From NCBI GenBank assembly GCA_013265495.1, contig MU058456.1:682001-741504 (forward strand): 59,504 bases of DNA, written 5' to 3'. Made by a program: the position numbers and the translations under genes. This stretch comes from Vicugna vicugna (taxonomy: Eukaryota). Of this stretch, positions 1 through 12,417 are shown piece by piece. The notes below the pieces were generated by a model. It saw only the letters and a list, made by a program, of their open reading frames with translations. It was not told the DNA's origin and made no database searches. Numbering within the stretch: position 1 is the first letter of the stretch; the number at the start of each line of letters is the position of its first letter.

Positions 1-487
1 CATTCAGGGGCAGAGTTTTTGGTGGGTGCCCGACACCAGGAATTCTGCCAGAATGACCGAGAGAGGAGAGGCTAAGGCGGGAGAATTTTCATGGTTTTGA
101 GAAACACTGTGATTTCCATATCTTTTTGGAGATACCCAAATAGGTGGCAAGTCTAAGAATGCCCCTTAATACTTTCTGTTATTCTAGGAAGATTGACTTC
201 ATACTCAGGGAAATCATGCTCCAGTTTTCCTTAGTATCCTTGAAATATAATTAGAGACAATATCAGGTAAGAGAAAAATACAGGTTTGAAGGGGAATGTG
301 ATACCGTGAGATGTTTATCACACATGCGCGTATGTATATGTACATATACACAAGGCTCTTTTTAACAAAATGACTTGCACGTGGCATGTGCTTTGTGGGG
401 AAAAAATGTGTCGTGTTTTTATTGTTGGATTTTAGCTAAAACAGACAAGTCCAGTGCCGTTAAACACTGTCCCTCTCCCTTTTCTGA

Positions 488-663
488 CCATGTTCCCATC
501 ATCCCATGACCCCTCTGTCTGCTCCCACCTCGTTCATCCCCATCTTCCATCCCCTGTCAGGAAGGGCAGCCTCCGAAGAGCCATTTCAACTCAGCCCGAC
601 ATCGCCAGAGACTAGTGGACCCAGCTGCTTCAAAAGTGAGTGTGTCCTGTCGCATGGTGCATG
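488..663 (+). promoter_or_regulatory. Splicing-regulatory motifs around the 75-nt exon (8 YCAY upstream, GCATG and TGCATG downstream)
   Basis: YCAY starting at 488, 496, 499, 504, 525, 534, 540, 547; GCATG 652-656; TGCATG 658-663. Confidence 0.55.
561..635 (+). CDS. MAST4: Putative alternative cassette exon, 75 nt, phase 0/0, EGQPPKSHFNSARHRQRLVDPAASK
   Basis: Long pyrimidine tract ending cccctgtcag|G at 560/561; donor AAA|GTGAGT at 635/636; 25 open codons; phase compatible with the phase-0 start of the 25945 exon. Confidence 0.65.
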
Positions 664-784
664 GCGGTGTGGTCCCTCTGCGGAGAATAGGGTGGTGGGG
701 GATTACTTATGCTTGTATACTTGAAGGCCTGAGAGGTGGCAAAGTCTTCTCTGTTAATTCAAGATCACTTGTAGCAAGGGAGTT

Positions 785-1146
785 CCTGTGTTGAACAACT
801 AGACTTGGAAACAAGCAAAACCCTGATCAGTAGCATCTGCTGGTTTCTGTGGTGTCAGTGCTCCCACCACTGCCAGTTTCAAGTACCAGTGTGGCAAAAG
901 TGACCTCAGACCCGGGAAGAGATGCCCAGTGAAGCTCTATTATGTACAGATACAACTGACAAATATCCTAGTAAAGTATAGCAAAATAATTAGGAAGTGA
1001 ATCAATTTTGAGTATCTCTTACCTTTGTTTTCAGTATATTTCATTGGAAGTTTAGGTATTTTTTAATCGGCAATAAGGGTTGTATTTAACAACTGGATTA
1101 TAAAATTCCTGAAAGCTTATTGAGCTGGTGTGGGTGGGCTCCAGTA
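785..1146. mobile_element. hAT-Tip100 DNA transposon relic (Arthur1-like)
   Basis: ccctgatcagtagcatctgctggtttctgtggtgt...ttttgagtatctcttacctttgtttt...aacaactggattataaaattcctgaaa...gggctccag resembles the recalled Arthur1 consensus. Confidence 0.6.
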
Positions 1147-4100
1147 TAGGAGTTACATGTGTGATACATTATTGAGAATTATCTTTATCCAACTTGGTCA
1201 TGTGCAACTCTTCTGGTCTAGAGAAACGTGGCTGAGGTTTTGAGCTAACGTAAGTTGCAGGCCAGTCTTGCTGCACACAGACTTTCATTAAACAGATATT
1301 TACTGGCAAACAGGCACAAGGCATAACTGTAGCCTGTCCTGTAAACTCAAAGAAGTCCCTGCTCTTTGGCTTTGTAGGTGCCCCAGCCAAATCTTTTTGG
1401 AAAGTTCCACTCAAGGTTAATGACCTGACTACTTTCCAGAGGCTGGCTGCTCTCACTTTTGTGGTGGGCATTATGTAGTGGGGGCACCTCTGACCCAGCC
1501 ACTGGGCATGAGGCCACTGAATGTTTGTTTGCGCCTTGGGTGCCAGTCTTAAGGGCCTAACTTACAGACCTTCATAAATTCTTATGCCTTGTTCATTCAG
1601 GGGCAGAGAATATCTCAAAAATGATTTTTACCAATTCGCTTTGCTTAAATACCACTAGAGTCAACAATGAAAGCCTGTTTCTAGCATCCATTATACTGAC
1701 TGGGAGGCCACTAATTTTGATTTCAGCATTGAAAACCCATTTCAGTACGCCAGTGAGCAAAACCTCCAGTGTGACCGAGATTTGGATACCTCTGACGTAA
1801 GGCTAGTTGACCACGCTGGGGGAGTAAATTCTGACCAGGGCTCCTAACTGTATTTGGATATTCTCAGTACATCAGATTTCATTGCTTATGTGGAAGTATT
1901 TGAAAGTGGACTCCAGGCGTCATACCCCTTTGTTACATTTATTAAATGCCTGGGCTGTCCCCTTCTCCAAGCTCCAGACAGCTCACTTTGGCTTAGGATC
2001 CTTGTGATGATGTCATGAAAGCTGGGTTAGTATGTGAGGGAGAAAATAAACTGGCGCTGAATAACCTGGGTGTTTTCATCAGGTAAGAGGTGAATCTTGC
2101 TGAAGTGGAACACATCCCCTCTGTCTCGGACCCCACCTGAAAGTTCTAATTAATGAGGCACTGAAACAGCATGTGATTCAGCACATTCACTGTTAGACCC
2201 AGGTGTACCTCTGGGTCAGCGGTGTTGTTCTGGTTCAACTCAGCACGTGCTTTTGTTCCTCATCTTTCTTTTTTCCCGTGCTCGTTTCATTCTGCTGTGG
2301 CATTTTCAGAAATTCTGTGCCTCACCAGGCAAAGTGTTATGTATTACACTGTAAATGAACTGGATATCTTCTGTTGGTGGTGAGAGTCTTTTTGTTGTTC
2401 CATTTTGTTTTGAGTAAGGAACGTGGCTGCTTTTTCTAGACACGCTCTAAGAGGAACTCATTAAACAGCTATAAAGAAGATGTCTGGTGCCTTAATGTGC
2501 TGTATGAGAATAGGTTCAGCCAATGTTAACAAAGAGATTTTAAAGGTCAAATTCTTTTCTCCCCAAAATACTGCAGTACTAGGTATTTGAGAAAGGCCTA
2601 CAATTTCTTTCTAACATTAGGAGCTGTTGGCGGAAACCACATTTGCTGTGTGGATGGGTTACTTGGACAGTAAGTAGCAAATGGAAATGTGTATCTGTGT
2701 AGCCAGTGACCTTTCATTGTAAGTACCTTGGTTTAGAATCTACACTGTGTTATTTTCAACTGAATAACCTGAGTTACAGTAAAGAACTCTGGCAAATGAA
2801 AGATGCCCTTGTACTGGGGGTCAGTAACAATTTACGGTAAACCAGCTGCCAGATCTTTTGAGAACCCTGGTTTTGTAGTGAGTCGGCATTGTCAACTTGG
2901 GAGAAGTGTGATCAAGTAAAGGCACTTAGTTTCCCATTTGCAGTATGGAGTGGTGGGAAGAAATCCTGGACCAGGTTGTACAGTGGGCTTTGTCGTAAGC
3001 CAGCTTTGTGGCCGTGTGCAACCACTCAACACTCAGCCCCCACTGCTCGAGGTTTTCTCATGTATGAAAGGAGTTTATGAAGTGTTCTCTTCATCACATT
3101 ATGGAATTGTTTTTCTTTTCTGTCAAGGCTATTTAAAACTAGATACTTGACCACTTAGTCTGAGATTTTGCAGTGGTATTTCTCAATCCTAAAGTCCCTC
3201 TGCAAATGGCATCCTTTCTCAGGACTTGCAAAGCATTATCACTGGGCAGTCTTCCATCAGTGTTTTCAGTGGATGTAAATTTTTTTAAAACTTTAAGGCT
3301 TTGGGGAGAGTATGGAGCAGAAATCCGGGGCTCATTTTCAGCCCGAGGAGTTGGCTTTTTTTTTCCCCTAGCCTGAATTTTTTTCTCTTAGTCTTAGAAT
3401 GCCTTTGTGCTTTGAGTATAGGAAAACAAGCTATTAAATCTGTTTTATTTGAAAAAGAGGTAAAGAGTTAAGGAGAAATCAGAGATAAGTAATGTAGCGC
3501 TGATTGGCTAAGCTTGTCCGCTGGGAATTTCTAAAGTGTCTTTTATTTGGAGAATATGCTCACCTGTCCATCCCCCAGTATGAATGCTCTTAACACAGTG
3601 AATGAACAAAGAGTGAGGCAAAACGGGCAGTAGGAATAGTAGTTCAAGGACCACAGAGCAGTTATTGGTGGAGCTGGTAAAGGCCTCTGTTAAATAAAAA
3701 TCAGTTTGATACGGGAGCATTAGGGACACGACCTGGGGAGACAGGAGGTGGACAGAAAAGAACACGAGAGTGTACAGAGGATTCGTTTTCAAATCTCCTG
3801 GCATTTCAGCACAAAAGGATGACGAAGATTTATTCTAGATGAGCTGTCATTTTTCATCAGAAGCTTTGCTGATCCGGAATAAACAGGTTCGTAAAGACGG
3901 TATTGAAATTTTGAGCTTGTGAGAGTAAGTAGCGGTCGGCATAGTGTCTAATAAATTTCAAAACCAGAAAGTGTTGTAACATTCCAGCCTCTTGAAAAAA
4001 CAAACCAAACTCCCCAAATGGACAGACATTCCAACTACCAAAACCCTACATATAATTCTAACATACATGGTTTCAACCTGCTGTAGGGCTGGAAAATCCT

Positions 4101-4765
4101 TTATACTAATTCTCAACGATTTCTCTACCTTTTTCTAATGAGAACAAGGTTTATAAAACCTGGGCTCCCCTGCTGGGAAAATCGGCCCAGAGCTATCTCA
4201 GAGCGGATGGTCTTCTTTTCTTACTGCTATAAACCTTTTAGGATTGATCTTTTTTTCATTTTTATCTATCTGAAGAGTAAATGTCTCTGAGACCTTAGAA
4301 ACCCACTATTCAGAGGGGGCAGGAGGCTGCATTGACCAGAGTTCATGGTTGCAAAGATGAGGTAGAATAAAGGTGACGGAAATCATGGAATTGTGTTTCT
4401 ATAATAGCAGAGGAAAATGGGTTGATTTTTAAGCACTAAGGGGATAGGCTTTAAAATTTCTACATTTTTAAGCCTTATAATTGAGTTTCTGGATGGTAAT
4501 TAACACCTTCCTAGTCCCAGGAATTTCAAGTGTTAAAGAATAATTTCTTCTTTTTTGGAGGCTGGAATATTTGTTACTATGTTTAAGGATATGAAAAGGA
4601 AGGGAAGGGGCTGGGAAGATTGGTTGCCGTAATTAGTCTGGGACTATTTTAGTCACATATGTTGTACTATGTAAACTTTTTTACAAAGGCTTTTAGGGGT
4701 GATGCATTGCTGATGGAAATTTTTTTTCTTTTCTGTTATTTTATATATATATGGTTTTTAAAAAA

Positions 4766-4853
4766 ATTTTATTGAAGTAAGTCTATTACAGTGTATCAAT
4801 TTCTGGTGTACAGCACAATGTCCCAACCATGCATATACACACATACATTCGTT
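4766..4853 (-). mobile_element. Short L1 3'-end fragment
   Basis: ttttattgaagta...tcaatttctggtgtacagc...catacattc, homologous to the L1 ends at 9704 and 49436. Confidence 0.7.
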
Positions 4854-5432
4854 TAGTAATATGATGAAAATTTTTGAGGCAGCTTATATATTTTTTTTTT
4901 TTTTTGCTTGTTTGTACATCAGCCATCTACAGATTATCTTTGATCCCAGCTACAGTGGGCATGATTACCTTCATGTACCGGAAGAGCCTCAGGTTGCATT
5001 TGGGGCTATACTTACCACGTGATGTCTTCCTGGCACACCTGTGCATAACACACTGGCAGACAGTGCAGAGAAATTACATCACTTGCAGGAGGCCACAGAG
5101 CTAGTACAAGGTGAAGCCCAGTGAGTCCCTGCACTGAGCCGTCATGCCACGACCTTTGCACCACCATCTAGGAGGGGCTCCACCCTTTCCCAGTGGGCAC
5201 CCTGTACTAAGCGGCATTTCTCAGTGTTCAGAAAAAGGTAGCCACTACACCCAAGTTGATGTTCTTTCTGCCTCCAGGGCCAGAGACCTCCTTTGACCTA
5301 TATCCCACTCTTCTGCTACCTGAATCCATGCTACTGTGGACATACATGATGCTGCAAAGCTGTCTGGAAAGCATTCATTCTCCTTACTGTTGCTATGTGT
5401 GACTATCCCAGCTTACAAGGATTTATTTCTCT

Positions 5433-6456
5433 TTTTTAATATATATATTCCTTTTCATATTCTTTTTCATTATAGGCCATTACAAAGTTTTGAATAGTAT
5501 TCCCTGTGCTATACAGTAGGACCTTGTTGTTTATCTATTTTATATATAGTAGTATTTGCAAATCCTGAACCCCTAATTTATCTATTCCCACCCCCTTATC
5601 TCCCTGGTAATCATAAGTTTGTTTTCTATGTCTGTGAGTCTGTTTCTGTTTTGTAAATAAGTTAATTTATCTTTCTTTTAGCTTTCACATATGAGTGATG
5701 TCATGTGGTATTTTTATTTCTCTTTCTGGCTTTCTTCACTTAGTCAGACAATCTCCAGGTCTGTCCATGCTGCTGCAAATGGCATTTATCCTTCTTTATG
5801 GCTAAATAGTATTCCATTATATAAATATACCACAACTTTATCCATTCACCTGTCAATGGACATTTACATTGTTTCCATGTCTTGGCTTTTATAAATAGTG
5901 CTGCTGTGAACATTGGGGTGCATGTGTCTTTTGAATTAGAGTTCCCTCCAGATATACACCCAGGAGTAAATTGCTGGGATGACATGATACTGTATATAGA
6001 AAACCCTAAAGACTCCACACATAACCTACTAGAGCTGATAAACGAATTCAGCAAGGTAGCAGGATACAAGATTAATATACAGAAATCCATTGCATTTCTT
6101 TACACTAACAATGAAATATCAGAAAAGAAAGTTTAAAAAATGCTTTTAAAACCATATCAAAAAATAAAATAGGAATAAGCCTGCCCAACGAGGTGAAAGA
6201 CTTACATACAGAGAACTATAAAACATCAATTAAGGAAATTAAAGATGACTTAAAGAAATGGAAAGATATCCCATGCTCTTGGATTGGAAGAATTAATATT
6301 GTTAAAAATGGCCGTATTACCCAAAGCAATCTACAGATTTAATGCAATCCCTGTCAGATTATCCAGGACATTTTCACAGAACTAGTACAAATAATCCTAA
6401 AATTTATATGGAATCACAAAAGACCCAGAATTGCCAAAGCAATACTGAAGAAAAAA
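5433..6456 (-). mobile_element. 5'-inverted (twin-primed) L1: antisense 3' part 5433-5979 plus sense ORF2 piece 5979-6456
   Basis: Minus ORF 5740-6090 contains [12 protein letters not shown]...WKQCKCP (ORF2 C-terminus). The plus frame has [13 protein letters not shown]...[14 protein letters not shown] (RT). 12-bp TSD ATTTATTTCTCT at 5421-5432 and 6457-6468. Confidence 0.92.
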
Positions 6457-6988
6457 ATTTATTTCTCTGTTTTTAACAGAATTTTGGACCTAACAAATTA
6501 GTTGAAAAATGGGCAAAGGGCACTCCAATTTTTTTAGCCTAACATCTGTGACACATACAGGTAATTTTACCGAAAGTGGATTCCACTTACTTATTTTCCA
6601 TGATGCTCTCTGTAAGGTATGATATAAACACAGTATTAAAGCATTCAAAATTGTGGGACTAAAACATGCCTTTGGAATTCAGTTCCGACAGTTTGTACTG
6701 AAGGATTTGGCTGTTTTGTGGTCTAGCACACAGTGGGATTTAGTGCACAAGCTTGAAGGTGACTATAGTCTACTGCCTTTTGAAGAATCTCTTGCTAATT
6801 TATTAAAAAACATCTTCTTGTAACACAAAAATATACAGATATTGTAAGTTTGATACTATCCCAAAGATCTTGGAGACTGATTTTTTTTTCTGTAAGAGTA
6901 ACATGTCCAAGAAGTGCAGATATCAATGACCTTTCACACACTGACTATACCCGGTAACAGTACCAAGATTTAAAAAATAGAGCATTAC

Positions 6989-7260
6989 AGAGATTGTAAT
7001 GTGAAGTAAGTCAGACAAAGACAAATATCAGATGATATCACTTATATGTGGAATCTAAAAAATGATACAAATGAACTTATTTTCAAGACAGAAATAGACT
7101 TGCAAACAAATTTGTGGTTACCAAAGGGGAAGCAGGGGAGTAGGGGAGACATAAATTAGGAGTTTGGTATTAACAGATACAAACTACTATATATAAAATA
7201 GGTAAACAACAAAGACCTACTGTATAGCACAGGGAACTATATTCAATATCATATAATAGC
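6989..7260 (+). mobile_element. L1 ORF2-end/3'UTR fragment, sense
   Basis: gtgaagtaagtcagac...atcacttatatgtggaatctaaaaaatgatacaaatgaactt...ctactgtatagcacagggaactatattcaat. Confidence 0.85.
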
Positions 7261-7262
7261 CA

Positions 7263-7397
7263 CTTTCTTTCCTTCTCTCTTTTCTCTCCTTCTCTTTCTT
7301 TGTTTTCCTTCCTTTCTTTTCTGTCTCTCTCTCCCTCTCTCCCTCTCCCCCTTTCCCTCTCCACTCCCCCTCCTTCCTTCTCCTCCTCCTTTCCCTC
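7263..7397. repeat. Polypyrimidine low-complexity tract (CTTT/CT/CCT)
   Basis: Almost purine-free run read directly. Confidence 0.9.
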
Positions 7398-8104
7398 CCA
7401 GCTGGCAAAGTTTACAGAGACATAGGTGAATTGTTGCAGCCTAACTTCTCTTGTCCTTAGGTGGATTTTTTCCCCAAGGGCTTTAAAAAACTGGTGAGTT
7501 ACATTTGTTGACTTTTCTCAGGTCATCAGAGTTGTGCTTGCCAAAGACTTGTATAACAGGCATTTGGCCAAGATGAGATTAACAATTTATTTGGAGGAAG
7601 GGAGTAGGAAATCTTTTTAATTTAGAGGTGAAAAGATCATCAGTTGGGCTAAGTACAGGTTATCCAATTTAGCTCTAGATTTATGAAGAATTACTGAAAT
7701 CTCTTCTTTGCCTTCAAGGACTTCTGTGTCCTGTTTTCCCTTATATCCCTCTACCCTTAGGGCAAAAAGAAACAAATCAAAACATTACCAGCAACTCTAA
7801 AAAAGTAATTGAAACATTTAGCCAGACAACCCTTATCTTGCCTGGGGATTCTATAGATTCTGATCGGGTTTTGGAAGGATTTTGTTCCCTGCCAGTTCTT
7901 GAGAAGAGCAGCCTGAGCACCACAGACACACTTGCTGGCCAGTGCTTGGACACTACAGTATCTTTTTGTGGCTGGCTTGAGTATCTTGAAACCGCCATTG
8001 TTTGCTTTAACATTTTTTCAAGTTAATTTTTTTTGGGGGGGTGGGTAGATTCTCCCTTCCTATTACCTCTCACACATTTACCTGCTTCTTGCCTGAAAAA
8101 GAGA

Positions 8105-8790
8105 CTAGATTATGATGTTCCCAACGATGATTTTCTTTGATTTTGTTCTGCTTGGAATTCACTTAGCCTCTTAAATATGTGGATTGATACCCTTCATCAA
8201 TTTTTTGGGAAAGCCCTTGGCTGTTATCTATTCAGGAATATCTACTACCTTATTTTCTCTCCTCTCCTCCTAGGATTCCATTTGTGCCTATATTAGGCAG
8301 TTCAATGTTATCCCAAAGATCTTAGATACTGTTTTTCATTTTTGTTCTGTTTTTGTTGTATGCTTTATTCTTTTGGTGACTCATTTTGGATATTTCTTTT
8401 AATTTCTTTCTTTCTTTTTTTTTTTTTTTAAATGAAGATACTGGGGATTGAATCTAGGACCTGGTGCATGCTAAGCATGCTGTCTACCATTGAGCTATAC
8501 CCTCCCTCCAGTTTCTATCGTTTGGACCTAAATTTTGCTTATTCTTTCTTTTACTTTGTTCAGTCAGCTTGTAAATTCATTTTATTCTGGTATCTTTCAG
8601 TCTGACTTTTCCTTTTGTTCTTTATTATTACAGTTTGTCTCTCTAGTGAAACTTCCAACGTCCTCATTCATGTTGTCACACACATTTGCCACAGTATCCT
8701 TTTGCCTAGTTATTTTTGTGTCTTTGATAACATCAGGATCTTGGCTATCTCTGCATCTGTTTGTATTGCCTGTTTCTTTTCTTGACCATG
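8105..8790 (-). mobile_element. Ancient L1M fragment, interrupted by a SINE
   Basis: T-rich L1M-like antisense text (ttttgttctgcttggaattcac...ttcatcaattttttggga...ttggctgttatc). Confidence 0.5.
8403..8506 (-). mobile_element. vic-1-like tRNA-derived SINE (camelid)
   Basis: Reverse complement gggagggtatagctcaatggtagacagcatgcttagcatgcaccaggtcctagattcaatccccagta followed by an A-rich tail. Confidence 0.85.
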
Positions 8791-9157
8791 CGTCATGAGA
8801 GTACCCATACCTGGTTCAAGTAGAAAGCAGAATGACTCAGCACCCTGACTCAACTGGTACAACATAAAAGAGACCCATCTCTTTCTGGAGCTAAATATTA
8901 TTTACATCAATCCCTACTGTTCTTTCAGTTAAAATGCTTGGCACCCACCTAAAATTATAAACACAAGAAGAAGCAGTGTCTCCTGTTTCTGAGGCTTCCT
9001 CTTCGACTTAGGATGTAGACAATGACAAGAGCATTGCTGTTACCTTCACAATCAAAGCAAGGTGTGTAAGCCACAAAATCATACTTTAAAATAATTTTAA
9101 AAGCTAAAGGCCTACATAAACCTAAAAAAAGCCTGAATGCACAAGTGATAAACTCTT

Positions 9158-9286
9158 TTGAAAATTTTGGGGTGGTAATTTAGTTTATTTATTTAATTAT
9201 TATTTTTAAGTATTGGGGATTGAACCCAGGACCTTGTGCATGCTAAGCACACACTCTACCACTGAGCTATACCTATCCCCACCCTG
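9158..9286 (-). mobile_element. vic-1-like SINE with 14-bp TSD
   Basis: tRNA-like head (tagctcagtggtagag...ggttcaatcccc on minus) and tail; TSD AGTGATAAACTCTT at 9144-9157 and 9287-9300. Confidence 0.9.
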
Positions 9287-9703
9287 AGTGATAAACTCTT
9301 GAAGGAAAAGGCCCATGGCTAGCTCCCAGTCTTAGTGGAATGGCGGGAGGAGAAGGACCCTGCCATGGCTGGGAAGAGGGGAACAAGCCAAACTGATATT
9401 ATACTTTGCGTTTCTAGCTTTTCTTTCACATCTTCATTCATGTCATTGAGAGTAATGGTCTCCTGTGACTTTCTGCTTCCTGAGTGGAAGTGGAAGTCTC
9501 AAAAATAGGAACTTTGTCCAAGGAGATGAGGGAATGTGCCAGTAGGGAGAAGAGAGCAAAGGGAAGCCTTAACGTTCATAAACAGGGCTTAGTTCAGCTC
9601 TTCTGTAGCTGTTGTAGACACATGGCTGTGGTGACAGTCCTTATTTTCTGGGTTTGTCTTTCACATTAATCATATATCTGTGCTTCAGTAGTCATGTAAT
9701 TTT

Positions 9704-10042
9704 TTTTGTATATATATATTTTTATTGAAGTATAGTCAGTTTACAGTGTTGTGTCAATTTGTGGTGTACAGCATAATGCTTCAGTCATACATGAACAAAC
9801 ATACATTCATTTTAATATTTCCCTTCACCATGAGTTACCACAAGATACTGAATATACCTTCCTGCGTTATACAGTATGAACTTGTTGTTTATCTATTTTT
9901 TATATATATATAATTAGTATCTGGGAATTCGAGATTTGCAATCTATCCCTTCCCACCCTCTTCCCCCCATGGTAACCACAAGTTTGTTTTCTGTGTCTGT
10001 GAATCTGTTTCTATTTTGTAAATAAGATCATTTGTCTTTTTT
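9704..10042 (-). mobile_element. 5'-truncated L1 3'UTR
   Basis: tttattgaagtatagtcagtttaca...aataagatcatttgtc; TSD gtcatgta(a/g)tttt at 9691-9703 and 10043-10055. Confidence 0.88.
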
Positions 10043-12084
10043 GTCATGTAGTTTTATGCTTGGAGTTTATTTCTTTAGTGATTGGGTCACTGTTGTGCAC
10101 AAGGGATTTGTTTATGAAGCTCTTGTTTTCAGTCTTCTCTCAGATTTGTTGTGCAGCCTTTCAAGGTGTCCTAGGAGACACTTGATTGAATTATGGTGCA
10201 GGGCACCTACCTCTTTCATCAGATTGCAATACCAGACTGTGAAATCCAAAGTTACTAAGTGCAGTAACTGGTGTATCACATGGCAGTAATTTGGTCTCTG
10301 CTTTTCTTACAGTCATCCTATCATTGTACTAAAGACTCAGTTAAATCTACATTTCTCAAAGCATGTCTGCGTACGTGCCTGAGTAGCATTTTCCCCAACA
10401 TGTCCCATGGTCCCATTAATTTGGGGAACACTGCAGACCATGCCTTCTGTGCTTGTTAAATGAAATGCTAATAATTGTGAAAATCTTGCTAGAAGTAAAT
10501 TCTCTGAACTATATTCAATTAGGTGTTTCTCAGACTTACTTGAATATAGACCCTTTCGCCAAGGGCATTGAAGTTTTTCTTATCACCACTCCCTAGCAAA
10601 GTTCTTTGGGAAATGTTGGGTTAAATGGACCCTGTTGCTTTTTATTTCAAAGAATATGAATAATTCATATTGGCTGCCACTCTTTACACCTGGGAAACAT
10701 CTTCCCCCACTGCTTTCTGCCAAGGAAGCTTGCATTTTGGGAGGATGGAAGAGCTCAAATCCTATCAGATTATAGCATTATACATAGGGCCTCTTAATTA
10801 CAGCAGCGTTAATGTTGTTGGGTTCTGTCATTGTAGACAGCCTCACTTGTCCAAGGACTGTCCTAGTTGGCTAGTCCAGAAAAATAAGCTGGGTCAGCTG
10901 TCATATCCCACCAAATGAAAAAAGACAGCTAGCTGCCCAGGCTGCAATTGGAAGGAAAGGTCAATCAATATATTACCTTTCCTTCTATGTGCGCCTTGCC
11001 TGCAGGCTGAGCTGTGCCTTCTCACAGCGGTGGTAATCTCTTCTGCTAAATTTTATTTTAACCTTGCAAATAGGTGAAAGGAAGGGCACAGTTAATAACG
11101 TCTTCTCTCCAACACCTCTGAGCATATTATTTGGGCCACTCTTCCTCCCCCCAGCACCCCCCGGCCCTGCAGAGTCCGCTTAGGTGGAGAGTTAATGCAA
11201 GGACCTGGTTTCACTTATGGTGAGAGCTCTGTTATGCCCTTGCGCAGACAGAATGCAAACATGTTTGTGCTTTTTGACAGGCACTGGGATCTATGTGGAA
11301 TAGGGTTTTTTCTCCAAACATTTCTCAGTCAATATGTTGACTCTCCTTCACCGGCCATGCAGCGTGAAATGGTGCATCACCGATACTTGAAATAGGCTGC
11401 AACAGGAGGTCGGAATGGGGCATAGATTTTCTAACACAGCATGTTAGATGGAATGATTTTGTGTACTCTGAAGTGGAAAATTCAATCAGAATTTTCCACA
11501 CTTTTTAGTTAAAGCAACACTGTTGTTTATTGATGAAAGGTAGATGGAGAGAAAGAAAGAGTGAAAACAGAGGAGATGACAAATCTCGCATTATTCCTGG
11601 TCATGGCAAGAAATACTTTTTCTCTTGTAATTTATGAAAGCTACATGAGATAGATAAAAAGGGTCTTCTTAAAAGATACACTATGGAATGGTTGGCACAT
11701 ATGCCAACTTGTTTAGCATGCATGTGGGTCAAAAGGTAATCTGGCTTTTTGAGAAGTTTGTTTTTCATGGGATGGACTTCATGCTTGATAAAGGGCAGTT
11801 ACAATGGCCCAGGTAATCTATTTGGGCTTAGTTTTAGTTCAGCAGAGCTCATCTGGAAAGCACCTGAGAGTATCAGTAAGAAATTGAAGGATAGATTGTC
11901 TAAGCTTTCATTCGAATAGACTATTTAAGTAAATCACTAGTTTTCATCTGTTGTTTGGTTCACAGAAGATACATCAGCATAACTACCTATTATGTAGATG
12001 AACATTTTATACTTGCAAATTGCAAAACCTTAGGGTTGCAATGTCAAATTTGTGAATGAATATTTAAGATAAAATAATAACCTA

Positions 12085-12243
12085 ATATTGTTAACCTGCT
12101 CAATGTGTGCCAGTCACTTTTCTAGGTACTTTATTTGTATTCTTTCATTTCATCTGCTCAACAACACTATAAGCTCTTATTATCGATAATTTCCAGTGAG
12201 GGAAGAAAACCACAGAGAGGGTAAGTAGTTTGTACAAGGCCAT
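12085..12243 (-). mobile_element. MIR
   Basis: aatgtgtgccag...tcatttcatctgctcaacaacactataag...cacagagagggtaagtagtttgtacaaggcca, the MIR core reversed. Confidence 0.65.
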
Positions 12244-12417
12244 CCTCCCGAGCCAGTCTTCTGAGCCACCCTGCCTGGCTGCCTCCCTGAGGCTCTGCCA
12301 CCGTAACACCTTCATCCTCAAGGGCTGAAGGACATTTGGGTTAGCAGCTTTATTCAGTTAGCATATATCTTTTAGCCTTTAGGATTTTAATATTTAGATT
12401 CCATCTTTAAGAGAGAC

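Noticed and set aside
1..1608. Exact 15-mer CATTCAGGGGCAGAG at 1-15 and 1594-1608
   Set aside because: A 15-mer match is roughly expected by chance in 60 kb, and no element lies between the copies; the left copy is cut by the window edge.
7170..7408. Arg/Glu-rich minus-strand ORFs
   Set aside because: Translation of a polypurine low-complexity tract.
8431..9286. tRNA-like sequences as tRNA genes
   Set aside because: They have A/T-rich tails, a TSD in one case and divergent stems, so they are tRNA-derived SINEs.
11691..11708. Palindrome GTTGGCA-cata-TGCCAAC as an NFI site
   Set aside because: Spacing is TTGGC-N6-GCCAA rather than the canonical N5.
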